Shown: positions 36,480-50,018, numbered from the whole stretch's first letter. The stretch is 61,575 nt of DNA, filler included, from Hausera hauseri (GCA_046269625.1; 12 parts of 12 records of this genome joined end to end with filler, not necessarily neighbours in it), one strand, 5' to 3'. Translations and numbers: made by a program. Notes: a model not told the origin generated them from the sequence alone.

Positions 36480-38072
36480 TTGCTAGGTGGATCTTATCCA
36501 AAAACTTCCTTTAATGACCAATAAGATTTTGTCGACATCCCTACTATAAGTGTACCCTTAAATTCACCTCTACCTCCGTCGTCTACTGTAAATCTACCTT
36601 GCATAGAATACTTCGTCGACAATCAACACTCCAGCAGGACGTGGTTGGACTTTCATGCGGCTTGGCTGAAGTCAAATAATATTGTCGGCTCGTTTCTTAA
36701 AGCAAACAGCTTGCTGATACTTCTGCCTTGCAACATTAAGTCGCAGCTTCCCAACTTGTCGGAAAAGTTTCAAAGCAGTGACCCATATAAAACACGTTTT
36801 AGCTCAACTTTGAAAATCACGGAACCATCTCTGGATAACATCATCCATAAATATTTAACGACAACACCATAGACACGTTGAAACCCTCCTAATTTCTCCA
36901 AACCTCATTAACTCAATTGAGTACTCTTGGCGTTAATCAAGCAAATAACGCCGATTTACTACGCAGGTATTTTCTGCAGTCTTTCCACAATGACATACGT
37001 GCGCTGCTGACCATAGTAGAGGACACATTACTACTACAAAAACTAGCACAACTGGCTGATAAAAGCTACGAGATACTACATGCACATACGGCCGCATTAG
37101 TAGTCGCTACACTACAAGCACCAACAACTCAACAAGCTAGCGATATAGCTAATTTGAACTCACAGATAAATTCTTTACGGGCTGAAAACACGGCAATACA
37201 CCAAGCCCTTTCTGCTTTAACTTCTAAATTGGACAATTTATCCATGCCGCGACGATATTGATTCACACCCGGTCATAGCCGTGCTTCATCGCAAAATTCG
37301 AGGTCCGCTATGTCCCTACTCGACATATGGTGTGCTATTATCACACTAAATTCAAGGACCAATCCAACAAATGTTGCTTGGGATGTACATTCTTTACACC
37401 AGCTTTTCAAAAATCCGACATCGTTTGTATTTACCATAATAGGTTCAGCAATAAAGCCCGAAACTGCATCAACGGTTGCATTTTTTCTAGTCGACAACCA
37501 ATTCCATCGTAATTCTCCAGACTCCCCAAATCCGACTATCCAAAAAAACTGACAAAGCCGCCAAATATTTCGGCACATGCTGGCAGAGGCATACGTCTTC
37601 AATCTAACTGCCGTACCTACGCTGTTTTTACATTAAAGGGCTCCTTAACATCCAAACCCAATCAACCAATCCACTTCCTCATTGACTCAGGGGCTGCTGT
37701 TTCTTTGTTACCACCATCCATCAAAACAACATCAATCTCACCATCTAACATTAAATTATACACAGCTAACGGCCAAGCTTTACGCATTTTCGGCACGTCT
37801 AAAGTTTCATTTACTTTACTACCATTTTCCGACATTTTCAATTGGGCATTCAATCTCCAATACTTGGATCTGATTTCTTATCTTTCTACAACCTCCTTGT
37901 AGATTGTAGATAACGTCGGATCATCAAAAGCAGTTCAACGAAACCGACCTCTACAAATAACCAACCGATCATGCAACCTATATCGCCCATAAAATCGATA
38001 TTAAAAGAACCATCAGCCAACGCAAATAAGAACGTCATTAATACCAATATAAATAATCCAACGTTTTTGTTG
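36480..38072 (+). mobile_element. Ty3/Gypsy gag-protease region
   Basis: Gag LLRRYFLQSF..IRALL..LAQLADK; two CxYHxxF..C..GCxF motifs; AAAAAAAC-TGA at the gag end (37542-37552); protease FLIDSGAAVSLLP; collinear with 51403-52700. Confidence 0.85.
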
Positions 38073-38423
38073 NNNNNNNNNNNNNNNNNNNNNNNNNNNN
38101 NNNNNNNNNNNNNNNNTTAATTAATTAANNNNNNNNNNNNNNNNNNNNNNNNNNNNNNNNNNNNNNNNNNNNCTAAGATCAATAAATAAATAAATATTTT
38201 GTTTTCTATAACAAGGTTAGTGTTTTACTTTTACTTCTATCTTACTTAATAATAATAGGTTAAGTAACAAATCGAAAAGAAAACTCAAAAGACACTGAAC
38301 AAAATACGTTATTGAAATATACATCAAAACAATATACAACAGACAATTGTCAATGATTGTCACAGTAACTGAACTGAACTGATTTATCTAAACCGACAGA
38401 GTACCGATTGCTTGGACGTACGT

Positions 38424-41400
38424 TTATTTCAGCCGCCAATGTTCATACGACTAACTCTTATTTCGCCTCACCCACTTTCGCTTATCATTGTTACATGATA
38501 AAGCGACTTTTGCACTGGTAATTGTGTACATCTCATGTTCAATTGATCGGATGATCGGTTGAGACACAACAGCCACTGTTTGTCATCCTTCTGCCGCTTC
38601 TTCATATATACGGCGATAATCACCGTGGTCTATTTCCGTCTGTCTCAGCTGGACTCCTTTTTCCCGCATTTTCGGTCCACAGTCTGTCAGGAAACTGTAG
38701 CATTTTGGGCGTAAGAATATCCATTCTCGATATTGAACCCTGCCTTCACTTTTATCCTTAAAGCAGCCGATTTTGTTTGTGATCGCGCTGTTGTACAACG
38801 GATGATCTGGTGCGTAGTTGGACGTATCCAGTAATCTATATGACTGCATTTGCTGCAGTAGCTGTTGGCAATTGACTTTTTTCACCCGCAGAAAAAAACT
38901 GTCTGTGTCACCGCCAATTATACTTATGTCACAGCCGTCAAACATTTTCCGGTAACGTGCCAAATCGCGATACTGTTGCTCATAAATCCGAAACTTGTTC
39001 AGGTTCAATACCACTTGTCCGATGTAACTTGGCCGGTCCAGAACGACTTCTTTTCTGTTTAACAGCACCGCAACCAATTCATGGGCAATGTTCATTGACC
39101 GCCGAAACTGTGTTTTGTTGGTACACGTAACCAGCTGCTTTTCACTGTTGCATAGGCGAACATTAAATCGCTTTTTCAGATTTTTCACTGTTTTTCCGTA
39201 CAGGAAATTGTTTTGCAGCTTGTAATATTCTTTTTCGAACTTTATGCTAGTTGCGGCTCGTTTCTCCGAATTTCCATCTGTGTGCGCCTTGAATATGGGA
39301 GCCTGAGCAAATCAGATTACACGATGTAGCTGTGATGCGTACACCGAGTTGCATGTAGAACTGTAGCAGACGACAACGGACAACGTAATTCAACTTCGGT
39401 TGATGCATCATAAGCAGTTTCTACACTTTTGAGCCTGGCGGACATTGGTTAAATGGTGCGACCGGTAAATCATCCAAAACGTCATGCAGCTCATCTGGTT
39501 CCACGAAATCGACCTCTATCGGGTATCCGACTGAGCCTGCCATGTCTGCTCGTGGTTGGATGACAATTATGCCGTCCAAATCTTGTCTGTCGACTACCCA
39601 TTTAAATGAATTGTACGCAAGGATTGCGAAAGCGCCCAGCCATACAGGTTATTAATATCAATATACAGCAGTGATGCAGTATCGGTATCACTGACCTGGT
39701 GCTTGTTGACAAATGTCATGCCGCCGCGAATACCAGCATCAAACATTCGGTACATTTCCGGATCTTGCAGCAGCTCAATGTCTCGATCCAGCGACATTAG
39801 AGCTGATGCCCAAGTCATTCCCGGTATGGAATAAAAATTGAGTGGCTCCAACCTATCTTCCGCCAGCGCTTTAGTTCGAAGTGCTTCGAATACGTCGGTT
39901 AATAAATACACGTCCAGTTTAAGATACTGGAGCATGTAATTCAACATGTTTCTACATCCCAGTTCAATCCAAGATACTTGTGCTCTGATATTCATCTTAT
40001 GCGATACCTGTTTATCACGGCGGTAATTTCTCTGCTATCCGGAGTCGCCCATATGATGTTGCAAAGTCATATGGAAATATTCCGTTGCTGCGTGCAATAT
40101 GCGTGGGGAACTGCGTTGAGGTTATCGGCACATCTGGCAAGGAATTTACCACCTTCGCCAGTGATTCATTGAGAAATTGCAATGAATCAAGGAAGCGTAC
40201 CTGGAATCGGTTTACTCGTGCACGACAGCGATAGATATTTTTCCATTGTCGTTGGGATTATGGACAGTTCCCAGTGCGGAAAGCCGTTAATGGCCAATTT
40301 GAGAATATGTGACAGTCATAATCTCGGAAATTATGAAAGATCACCGGCAGGAATGGTTGCACGCGCCTTGCTAAATTATATGAATTGCATGCTGCTCCCA
40401 CGTATCGACCGGTGAAATGACCTTGATCCGGTAGGAGTCGTTCTTGTGCATCAAACAGTATTATTTTGTGCACAGATAGCATTCATCGGTGATAGCGAAA
40501 ATCAATGGTTGATATTCGTCTGCCCATAATGAATGGCTTATTGCAATTGTTGCGATATCACGGCGCGATTTCCGTTTACTATGGTTTCCAACTGCTGCAG
40601 GAAATCATGTACACAGTTCCAACCATGGAAAACGTAATACTGCGGTTGTCAGGCGGCTTTTATTGGTACTAGCAACATACCGACGGCAATTGGAGAGTGC
40701 TTTTGATCGTATACATTGTGCCGTGGTAGAATTGCTTCGATATCAGCATACACCACATATGCCAGACTATCCGTTTTTTACCAGTCACTGAATCTCAACT
40801 CCTTTTTGACTGGCATAACATACATTGTGGTTCCTGACAAAGTTTACCTGCACAGCGCCACATGCTTTTCCCATGTCTCATTTGATCAGAATCCATGCAG
40901 ACACACGGTGCACCATTTGCACCGTATACGCTTTTTGATGGACTGGTCATGATCCATTTTCAATAATCTGTCCAAATTGGTCAAGGCCGTGTAATAAAAC
41001 TTTTCTTCATTCTCCAACAGCAACAAATTTATTGGGCGTCCAATTAGATTTCGATGCGGTAAATTATGTCCACGTGAGGATTCTTGTAAATTTACTCATC
41101 CACCGGTATCTCTACGATTGTGTTGAACCGGAACACGTTGATTGCCAGTGTCTGATTACGCCGTTCAAAAGCCAGAATAGTTTTGAGTTTCATCGACATC
41201 TAACACTCGTTGTAGTCTAATTCTGAGAAATACTTACTGTACTGCTTTGGACAATTTGCATTATGTCGGGACACTTGATTATATTTCAATATGGCCAGAA
41301 TGCTGTAAATAATGCAGTATTCGTCGTTAGTATTTTGTAAATTCACTACCTCCAGAGACTGCATCAAGGATGCAGGTGTCAGTATGAATGAACGTCCAGA

Positions 41401-42321
41401 CAGGTAAATCATGTCACTCGTCTTGGTCAGAATAAAGCCGAGAGTGACAATCTTTAGAATTCGCCAACCACTTCTCTTTTCTGTGTAGTTGACGATTTTT
41501 GCGTCAAGCTTTTCGCCTACATTTGCAATAAAATCCTCAGAGTATGGTACGGCTCTATGTGATAGGTACCATTATTTCCTCTCACCCTGCAGATTTTCAA
41601 ATTCTGCAAATGCATAATATTGCACTTTGCAGTGGTGTTGTTGGAATTTGGCCACCTCTGATTCAAACCGGTTACGCACATTAGCTGGTACATCCTTCAA
41701 TTGAGTTGCTGTTTTCGCCGACATGTCCAACTTTATGTCCACGTACGATCTGTTCAAGTCATACTTGACAGTAATGGGCGGTTCACGTTCCTGCATCTGC
41801 TGCTGTTTCTGACTTCTGGTATTTTGAAAGTATTCGTCAAAACTTGCTGATGCTTGGCGTTTCCTGCTGCTGCTGCGGCTTCTTGCCGCGTTTATTAATA
41901 TTTCCTTTTTGGACATCTGAAACGGGTTCATATGGTTCTTGTGAATGTTGAAGAATTGTTCATAGTTGGTTTCATCAATTATAGAACAATTGGGACAAAC
42001 GTAGGCTCGTTTACCATGCACCGTTGTGGCGCCATAGGACTGCTCCATTACACTATGACAACCATCAACGTCATGCACTCTACTACTACTACAGTATCGC
42101 GGTATGTGGGGCAATGCACAGCCATCATCTTCTTCGACCGCGTAAACGGACCGAGATAATAAAGGTGCATCTCATAAAAGTCGGGGTATGGGCATGTGTT
42201 TTGAATAAAGCACACGGACGCAGATACGTGTCTTTGGCCACTGAATAATATTTGGTCATTTCCTTGTGGCATTTTCCACACTCATGTACGGGAGAAGCAA
42301 TACACGGGATATTATGAACAT
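38424..42321 (-). pseudogene. Polinton pPolB, near-complete frameshifted copy 2, collinear with 1-3918
   Basis: Same motif order: RSGW, VYADIEA, FHNFRDYD, YLKLDVYLLTDVF, LYIDINNLYGWALSQ, YYKLQNNFLYGKTV, GGDTDSFF, FLRPKCYS, NDKRKW; stop at 38424. Confidence 0.94.
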
Positions 42322-42473
42322 TTCTGAATGATAAACAAATTAAAGTAAATGTTAAACTAGAAACAAATGAAAANNNNNNNNNNNNNNNNNNNNNNNNNNN
42401 NNNNNNNNNNNNNNNNNTTAATTAATTAANNNNNNNNNNNNNNNNNNNNNNNNNNNNNNNNNNNNNNNNNNNN

Positions 42474-44128
42474 CAATGGCGTGGATAAACCATTAGAATT
42501 CTATTCCCGAAAGCTCACGCAACCCGAAAGACGTTATTCGACATTTGACCGTGAGTTACGCGCCATAGTTCTGGCAGTAAAACATTTCAAACATCTACTC
42601 TCGTCCATTTGTCATTCAAACTGATCACAAGCCTCTCCTGCACATCATGTAGTTAAAACAGCCATCACCGAGACAAGAGACATATATCATACCTGTATAC
42701 GTTCAGCTTTGTGTTGAAATATATTTCAGGCACAGACAATTTGGTACTAGACTTTCTATCGAGGTCGGTTGAATCCATCACTGTTGAGCCGATTTTGTCA
42801 TCCGAAGTCTTAAAGGCCAATCAACCGTCTGCTGACTTCCTTAGTTCTTTTAAATCCTTCAAAACCATTGATGGCATTGCTTTTGATACGTCGAATTCCG
42901 TTAATAAAAAGATAAATCTAACTCCACCTTTACAAAAGACAGCTTTCCTTCATACGCACTCACTTCATCATTCGGGTTCGAAAGCAACCTTTCGCCTGCT
43001 TCAACGTCATGTAGTATGGCCATCAATGCGCAAAGATGCACAGGGCTGGGTTAAACAATGCGCAGCCTGTCATAAATACAAAATCAACAAACACCTTAAA
43101 CCGCCGCTGTATCATTTTCCCTGTACATCACGTTTCCATGCGGCTCATCTTGATCTAATTGGTCCTTTACCTTCAGACAACGGATATCAACATATACTTA
43201 CCATGATGGATCGTTCTTCTCGCCGGCCTGAAGTCGTTCCTTTTCGTTCAACGAACACTGATTCAGTTGCCGACGCCTTTATTAAAATCTGGATCAGTCG
43301 TTTTGGTTCCCAACGTTACATAATAACGGATCAAAATCGACAATTTGAGTAGGAACTTGGTAATATCCCATCTCCATACTACACTATATCACCCTCAAGC
43401 AAATGGCCTCCTTGAAAGGTTCAATTGCACAATGAAAATTTCTCTAAAAATCTTGGCTGACACTCATCGTAATTGGACGTCCATTCTACTATTGGTTCTA
43501 CTAGGTTGGCGCAACACACCTTCTACCACAACCGGTTGTGCACTCTTTGGGACTCCAAGTCGGGCCCTATTTGAGCTTTTTGATCTCGACGACAACCCTA
43601 CAGATGAAAACATTCGTGCGGTACAATCTCACTTCGTCGAGGTCGGCTCAGATTCATTCTGTCGCCTCATTAACAACAAATCCTATATTCCAAAGGATTT
43701 ATACTCCGCCAAGTTTGTCTGGCTGAAGGATCAATCTCCTTCTGGTTTTAGACCTCAATATGTTTGTCCATACAAACTGCTGAATCTATCATCTCACACA
43801 GCCACCATCTTACGCCAAGATAAACCTTACAACATCCATATTTCGAACTTGAAGCCCGCTTTCTTCATTGACGACATTCCAGATGCAAATACTACCTCCA
43901 ACTCAAACTCTGCTAGCACTTCTACTGATTTTCTAAATGACTTTACATCACCTCAAATTGCATCGCCTTTTTTATTTGGCTCTTCTTCACTATCATCTCC
44001 ATCACAAAATCATTCAACATCGCACCAAAAATCCATCGAGTAAGGTACGCAGAGTGACATTCAATACGTACAGCAGAGAAAAGTTCTCTGATGGCACACA
44101 ACGACTGATCCCAACTAAAACCGAATAG
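42474..44128 (+). mobile_element. Gypsy pol 3' half: RNase H, HHCC zinc finger, integrase core, GPY/F region, S/T-rich tail
   Basis: PLEFYSRKL..RYSTFDREL, TDHKPL, HSLHHSG..CAAC, HLDLIGPL, IITDQ, YHPQANGLLERFN. Confidence 0.92.
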
Positions 44129-44211
44129 GCACTGAACATTATTCCTTTTTCGACTCATCATTTTCATTCATTTTCATCATTTTTTTTCGTTTTCAGTTTC
44201 TTTTCTGCCAC

Positions 44212-44403
44212 GGAGGGAGAGTGATGTGGTGCCGTGGTTGCGGACGCAGCTCGTGTCCTATCACCACCCAACTCTGTGCAAAACGCTCAGATAAATCACA
44301 TACAAGTAATCATTTCATATTGTATATAACGATAGCTGTGTGCCCGATTTTAAGAACTTTTCAAAGTAAATACGCAGTTCATCTCAATTGTCAATACACT
44401 ACA
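44212..44403 (+). mobile_element. PPT (GGAGGGAGAG) and short 3' LTR TGTGGTG...CACTACA (44225-44403)
   Basis: Purine tract about 85 bp after the pol stop, TGT...ACA ends with a 6/7 inverted match; the same TACACTACA precedes gag at 36469-36477. Confidence 0.65.
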
Positions 44404-44869
44404 TATCACCTCTCCGCTGATTAAAGTGCATTGGCCATAAAATGCTGCTCATAGAATATTTTAAAAAAATTGTGTACATACATTACTATAAAGAAACTAA
44501 CTCAATCTTTAGCACAATTATAACAGCCGTCTACTAAATTGTCAGCAAAAGGTTGTTAACAAATTTTCTTGACCTTACGAAATCATGGTAAACCTTCTGA
44601 CTCGTGAAAACTTCGTGGAGTGTACCCAGCTTATATCAACAGGAGAATGACATTTGTGACATCATGTTGTGATATTGTAATTTTTATTTGTAAATATGAT
44701 GTAAAAAATTGATTAATTGAATTGATAATTTTTTTTAATTTTAAAACTTAAAAATAAAGCTTATCCGAAGCTACTTGTTGGATTTATTGTTTCGTCACAT
44801 TACTTATCGTTATTTTGGATATATTTTAAGTCAGTTCTACCAAATTGGTGTCAGAATATTCGAAACCAT

Positions 44870-45790
44870 CATCATAATTTTATCATCAGTTTCTGGAATA
44901 TTACAAATGTTCAATGATCCTTCTGATAAAGTCAAAGCATTCGCACTGAAACAACTGTGCAATTGTTCCGATGTTGCCTGGTCCGAAATATCAGAACATC
45001 TCGAATCCATTGAAGAATTGTCAGAGAATGTGAATTTCCATCATCACAAATTGGCTGCATTATTAGCATCAAAGGTTTATTATCATTCGTCAGAATTCAA
45101 TGAATCTATCAATTATTCATTGATTGCCGAAGAATTGTTTGATGCAACTGTACAAAATTATTTCACTGAAACCATTTGTATAAAATCAATCGATGATTAT
45201 GTGGCTATCAAGAATGATGCTGATACGAATAAAGAAAACTCGGAGTATTTCGAAAAATTGGAACGATTCGTTTATAAATTGCTTGCAAGTCATTTGGAAA
45301 ATCAACAAGTTTTAGAAGCCCTCAGTTTGAGTATTGATTGTCAACGTTTAGATACATTCGAAAGTTGCGTTGAACGTTGTGAAGAAAAAGAAGGAATTTT
45401 ACAACATTCATTCAATTTCGTGTCAACTGGATGTAAAAACAAAGAATTTGGTCGACATGTTGTGGAAAGAATTTAACAGATTTATTCGACATCAGAATCA
45501 CCGAATTACGAAATGATTTCTCGATGTCTCGTAATTTTAGAAGATGCCGAAATCAATGCTCAGTTGCTGGAAAATCTACTCAAATCATCACAATATTATA
45601 TTGCCTATCAAATGTTTTGATTTATTCAAAAATACGTCGAGATCATTTGTACAAAATGTTTTACTGTTGCTACGAAAATTGCCGGAAAATCGGGAAATAA
45701 AATTTCGAAACCAGTCGATTGGTTTCTATTTTGCGTGGCGATAAAACTAGAGAAGTTTATCGGAAATTTCTGACAGAAAATAACAAGTGC
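44870..45790 (+). pseudogene. PSMD1: 26S proteasome subunit RPN2 N-terminal fragment, intron-free
   Basis: LSSVSGILQM..KAFALKQL..WSEISE..IEELSE..LAALLASKVYYH..SINYSL.A..LFD..YFTETI..IDDY; stop at 45476, homology continues in broken frames. Confidence 0.9.
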
Positions 45791-45849
45791 TACAAAATAT
45801 GGCACTTTACTACGATACTCATCTTTACCATTTTATTTACAGTCGAATC

Positions 45850-46402
45850 TATTTATAAAATCAGGTTACCGTGTTTCTTACACGTATGCAGAATGTATTA
45901 AAAGTTTATTTCAGTTGTCAAATAAAACCGTCAATATTTGGAGTCATTTAATTGGTTTATTTGTATTCTTAATTTTGTTGCTCAACGATAATTTCGTTAC
46001 GTTACCAAAAGCTAATACCAATTTCATGGACAGATTTGTTACATTCGGCCTTATCATTTATTATTTGCATGTCATCATCCGTTTGTTATCATTTATTTAT
46101 ATGCCACAGTGAACCGAGTAATCGGTTTTGGTTGTCGGTCAATTTGTTTGGGATCTCGTTTGGGTTGACTAGATGTTTTATTCCCTGAATTCATTTGGCG
46201 TTTCGTTGTTACACGAACTGGCGAATCATTTATTTGTTATTAGTATTGTTTATAATTGGAATTGTCCTTTGGATGCAGTTGCATCCTCGATACAAGTCAC
46301 ATGAAAAATTTAGAATTCGTATACTGTTCTTTGTTTTTCTGGCAACGTTTGGAGTGATTCCGACTTGCCATTGGATTTATCTAAATCATGGATTTTACAG
46401 TG
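45850..46402 (+). pseudogene. PAQR3: Progestin and adipoQ receptor (PAQR3-like) fragment
   Basis: SGYR..CIKSLFQLSNKTVNIWSHLIG, YHLFICHSE, AFRCYTNWRIIY, QLHPRY, FGVIPTCHWIYLNHGF. Confidence 0.85.
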
Positions 46403-46484
46403 AGCGGTTGCTGCAGCTACTGGTTGTTGACTATTAGATTGCAAAATGTCAAAGCTTTTGTCTGCCAATAGGGCGAGCTTTTCA

Positions 46485-47207
46485 AAAGCCGTTAAATCAG
46501 AGTTCAATGAACTAAAAAAGGCTGGCATTATTCGTAGATCCAAATCACCATGGGCTTCAACATTGCATGTTGTGACAAAGAAAGACGGAACTTACAGACC
46601 ATGTGGTGACTATCGTCAGTTAAATAATCTAACAGTCCTGGATGCTTACCCTTTACCTCTCAAATGACATCCTGCACAGCCTTACCAACACTAACACGTA
46701 CTCCAAAACTGACTTGCATAAAGCACATCATCAAATTCCTGTTGCACTTGATATTCCAAAAACTGCTATTATTACTCCATTTGGCCTCTACGAATACATC
46801 TTTATGCCATTTGGTTTACGTAGTGCTTCTCAAACTTTCCAACGGCACATTGACACTGTACTCTCAGGCCTTGATTTCGCTCATCCATACATTGATGACA
46901 TTTTAGTCGCTTCTACGTCGATCAAACAGCATCATGAACATCTTCGCATTATCTTTCATAGATTACATCACAGCAACTTGCAAGTCAACTTCTCAAAGTG
47001 TCACTTCTTTCAAAATCGTGTAAACTTCCTGGGTCACGTCATCACTCCTCATGGCCACTCTCCACAACCGGATAGACTACAACAACTAAAGAATATAACT
47101 TTGCCAACTACTACCACGGACATGAGAAGTTTCTTAGGCACCCTCCACTTCATTCACAAATATGTGCCGCATTGTTCTGAGCTTACAGCTCCTTTTGCGC
47201 ATCTTTC
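46485..47207 (+). mobile_element. Gypsy reverse transcriptase fragment, preceded by an inverted gag piece (about 46403-46490, minus strand)
   Basis: [55 protein letters not shown]; minus strand [14 protein letters not shown] matches gag at 37040-37080. Confidence 0.93.
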
Positions 47208-48694
47208 NNNNNNNNNNNNNNNNNNNNNNNNNNNNNNNNNNNNNNNNNNNNTTAATTAATTAANNNNNNNNNNNNNNNNNNNNNNNNNNNNNNNNNNNNN
47301 NNNNNNNCACTTATATTGCATAATGGTATCATTGCATATTCAAGGTAGCGATTCAAATTTATTTTCAGCATATGGATGAAAAATGTTTCAATACATTTTA
47401 CAAACAGAGTTTACTTTTTATATAATAAAACTAATATAAAGCGAAGTCCATTTTTCAACTATATTTTGGCAGAACGTTAATCATCGTCAGGTTTTTCAAA
47501 AATATACTTTGCCAAACGAATTTTCACTGTAATTTGCTGGGTGTAGCTAGGCTTACGTATTCAGTGATTAATATGGGTTAAGTACTGTTTTGTTCGGTCA
47601 ATAAATTTAATATTACAAAATCTGAATAAGGAGATTTATTTTTTAATATTTGTAAACAATGTCTCTTGTGAATAATGTCTCATAAATAAAAGACCTATAG
47701 AAGGAAATTTGTGATGCCCAACGAAGAAGAGGTTTGTAAAAGAAGCCTGATGAGAATACGAACGAGATTTGCAAAGAGAAACTTGGTCGACGTACAAAGA
47801 AGGAGTTATTCGTGCAAAACGGGACTAATTCAGGTGCAGGCAACCGATGACTGCCGGACCTCCACCGAACTTACTAACGGATTCTATGTTGCAGAAGAGC
47901 AACACGTCGCGTAATTTCACGCATTGGGAATGTTTCGGTTCGATCGAAAGTGTTGGAGTAGTGTTTGTTACGCTGACACCCTCGTAATTGCATGCAGTTA
48001 TGGAATATTATCATGCATACACAGACAAATGTCATACACATTCGATTTTTGGAGCTATGATTGAGATACTTAATTGTTAATGAAAATTTAGGATATATTT
48101 TGTATTTTCAACCATTTTTTACTTTGAAATTCTGTCAAATTTGACTGTAAATAAAAAAGAGAATTCAAGTTGATCACAAAATAATCGTCGAATCTCGTCT
48201 GAAAATGATTGAAAATGCACAAAAATTATTTGGAGTAAAAGTTATTTGCGAAATTTCGATGAAAACTTTGAGATTTTCAGTATTTACAATTTCGCTCGTA
48301 TTTGGTAGTTACACGAAAATACTGAATGTTTATGCCGGCCATTTCATCCTATCTATAAAGGCTCTCAAAATGTTAAAAAAAGAATTATTAAAATCTAAAC
48401 CATAGCCAAAATCTGGAAAAGTATATTAGAACTAAACAAAATATCTAAAAGCCCTAAATAGCTTACATTTTTCACAAAAATAATTCCGTGGAATTGCTGA
48501 ATATGGAATCAAAAAATTATTATCAAAAAACCGCTTCAAAAAATTGACAAAAAACCAAAAACCTAGAAAATATAGATATGCAATTCATACATATTTAAAC
48601 GTGAAAAATATGAAATAAATTGAAAAAATTCAAATACGGTAGAAAAATAAATTGTATATTTCAATACAAAAGAAATAAAATAATTTTTTAAATA

Positions 48695-50007
48695 TTACAC
48701 ACCACCTTTAACTCTTCTTTCTTCTTCATCATAAATACGTCTATAATGGTTCAAAATATATTTATCATATATGTCATCTTCACTGATATACTTGTAGGCA
48801 AGTCCCTGATGAATAATATTCATGAAAAACGAATTAAAATGATACAAAATCCCCATTCCGCAAAGCCCTTTATAATGTCTACTGTAAACATGGGTAAAAA
48901 AAGGTATCATGTTTTTGTAAGTATTAGCAAGAAGACAGTCAAAATTATCTGCAAATTCTTGTTCAATATCGGGCATAATTGACCTTTCATTTCTAAGCAT
49001 GCCTATCCCCACCAGGTGGATCAAAACTGGTCATGATCCATTCTCGATCAAATCTACAATGATTTCTCGGGTCCTGTATTTGATCTACGATATCTGACGG
49101 TAATGGACCAGCTAATGGGACGCCATAGTACTTTACAGATCGAGCTTTATTCAATCGTTCTTCGGAGAACTCATCAAAACAGAAATACATCAACAAATTC
49201 CAATAATTCATAAGTCGATCATAGCAATGGTAAAGAGTATAAGCGATCCATTCCTTTTTACACACATTGTTTGGTGCAACGGCAAAATAACGCATTCTTA
49301 TTCCAATTCGAAGAGTGTCTGGCATTGGACCTTCATAGTCTTCCACGAGGTACGTAAGTAGTAGTCCGGCAGTTTTGCTCATTCCCTGGCCGTAGCCTTT
49401 CTCTGTATTGTACATTGAGTATGCAGCTAGAACATTTAACAGAGCCCTCTGCCGATCATTATAACGTTCTCTAAAGTAGGTAGTATTTCTAAATGTTCTA
49501 TTTACCTCCAAATCAATCTGATGAATATCGGGTGATCTGTCAAACGCTCTTTTCAACAGAGCCTGATATACTTTAGGTTTTCCACTTTTCACTGTGTCGA
49601 TCTCAAGAAACACTTGCCAGGTCGATGACTTAAACTGTTATGGAATGCCTTTGTAGATTCGCTTTGTCATTTCTTCTCTAAAACCCGTTCCTTGCATGTG
49701 AAACAAGATCCCCGAGAAAGGAATACTACCCACCACTCTGCTAGTCCGACTTCCCTTAGATTTCTTTTCCAATAATTCTCGCCATTTGGTTTCTCTCATC
49801 ATCCAACGATTTAATCTTGATTTCCTTGTCCAGGAATTGTTGTGTCATTCCATTATCATGAATAAATTCGTAGTAATCTGTAATTGCATATATAGAGTAC
49901 TGGGGTTTTTCTAATCATCGGCTTTGTTTTCAATAGGACCTTTTTAATACTTTTCTACAATTTCATTTCTTGTTTATTTAAATCTCTACATCTAATGCTT
50001 CTAACAT
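48695..50007 (-). pseudogene. USP6NL/RN-tre-like TBC Rab-GAP N-half fused in frame to an unrelated ~215-aa region
   Basis: KRIYKGIP, SPDIHQIDLEVNRTFRN..FRERY..RQRALLNVLAAYSMYNTEKGYGQGMS..AGLLL.YL; TBC homology stops about 49340 while the ORF continues. Confidence 0.8.
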
Positions 50008-50018
50008 GCGGACATATA

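Noticed and set aside
47880-47970. tRNA or tRNA-derived SINE (GGTTCGATC)
   Set aside because: Only a B-box-like 9-mer; no A box or cloverleaf.
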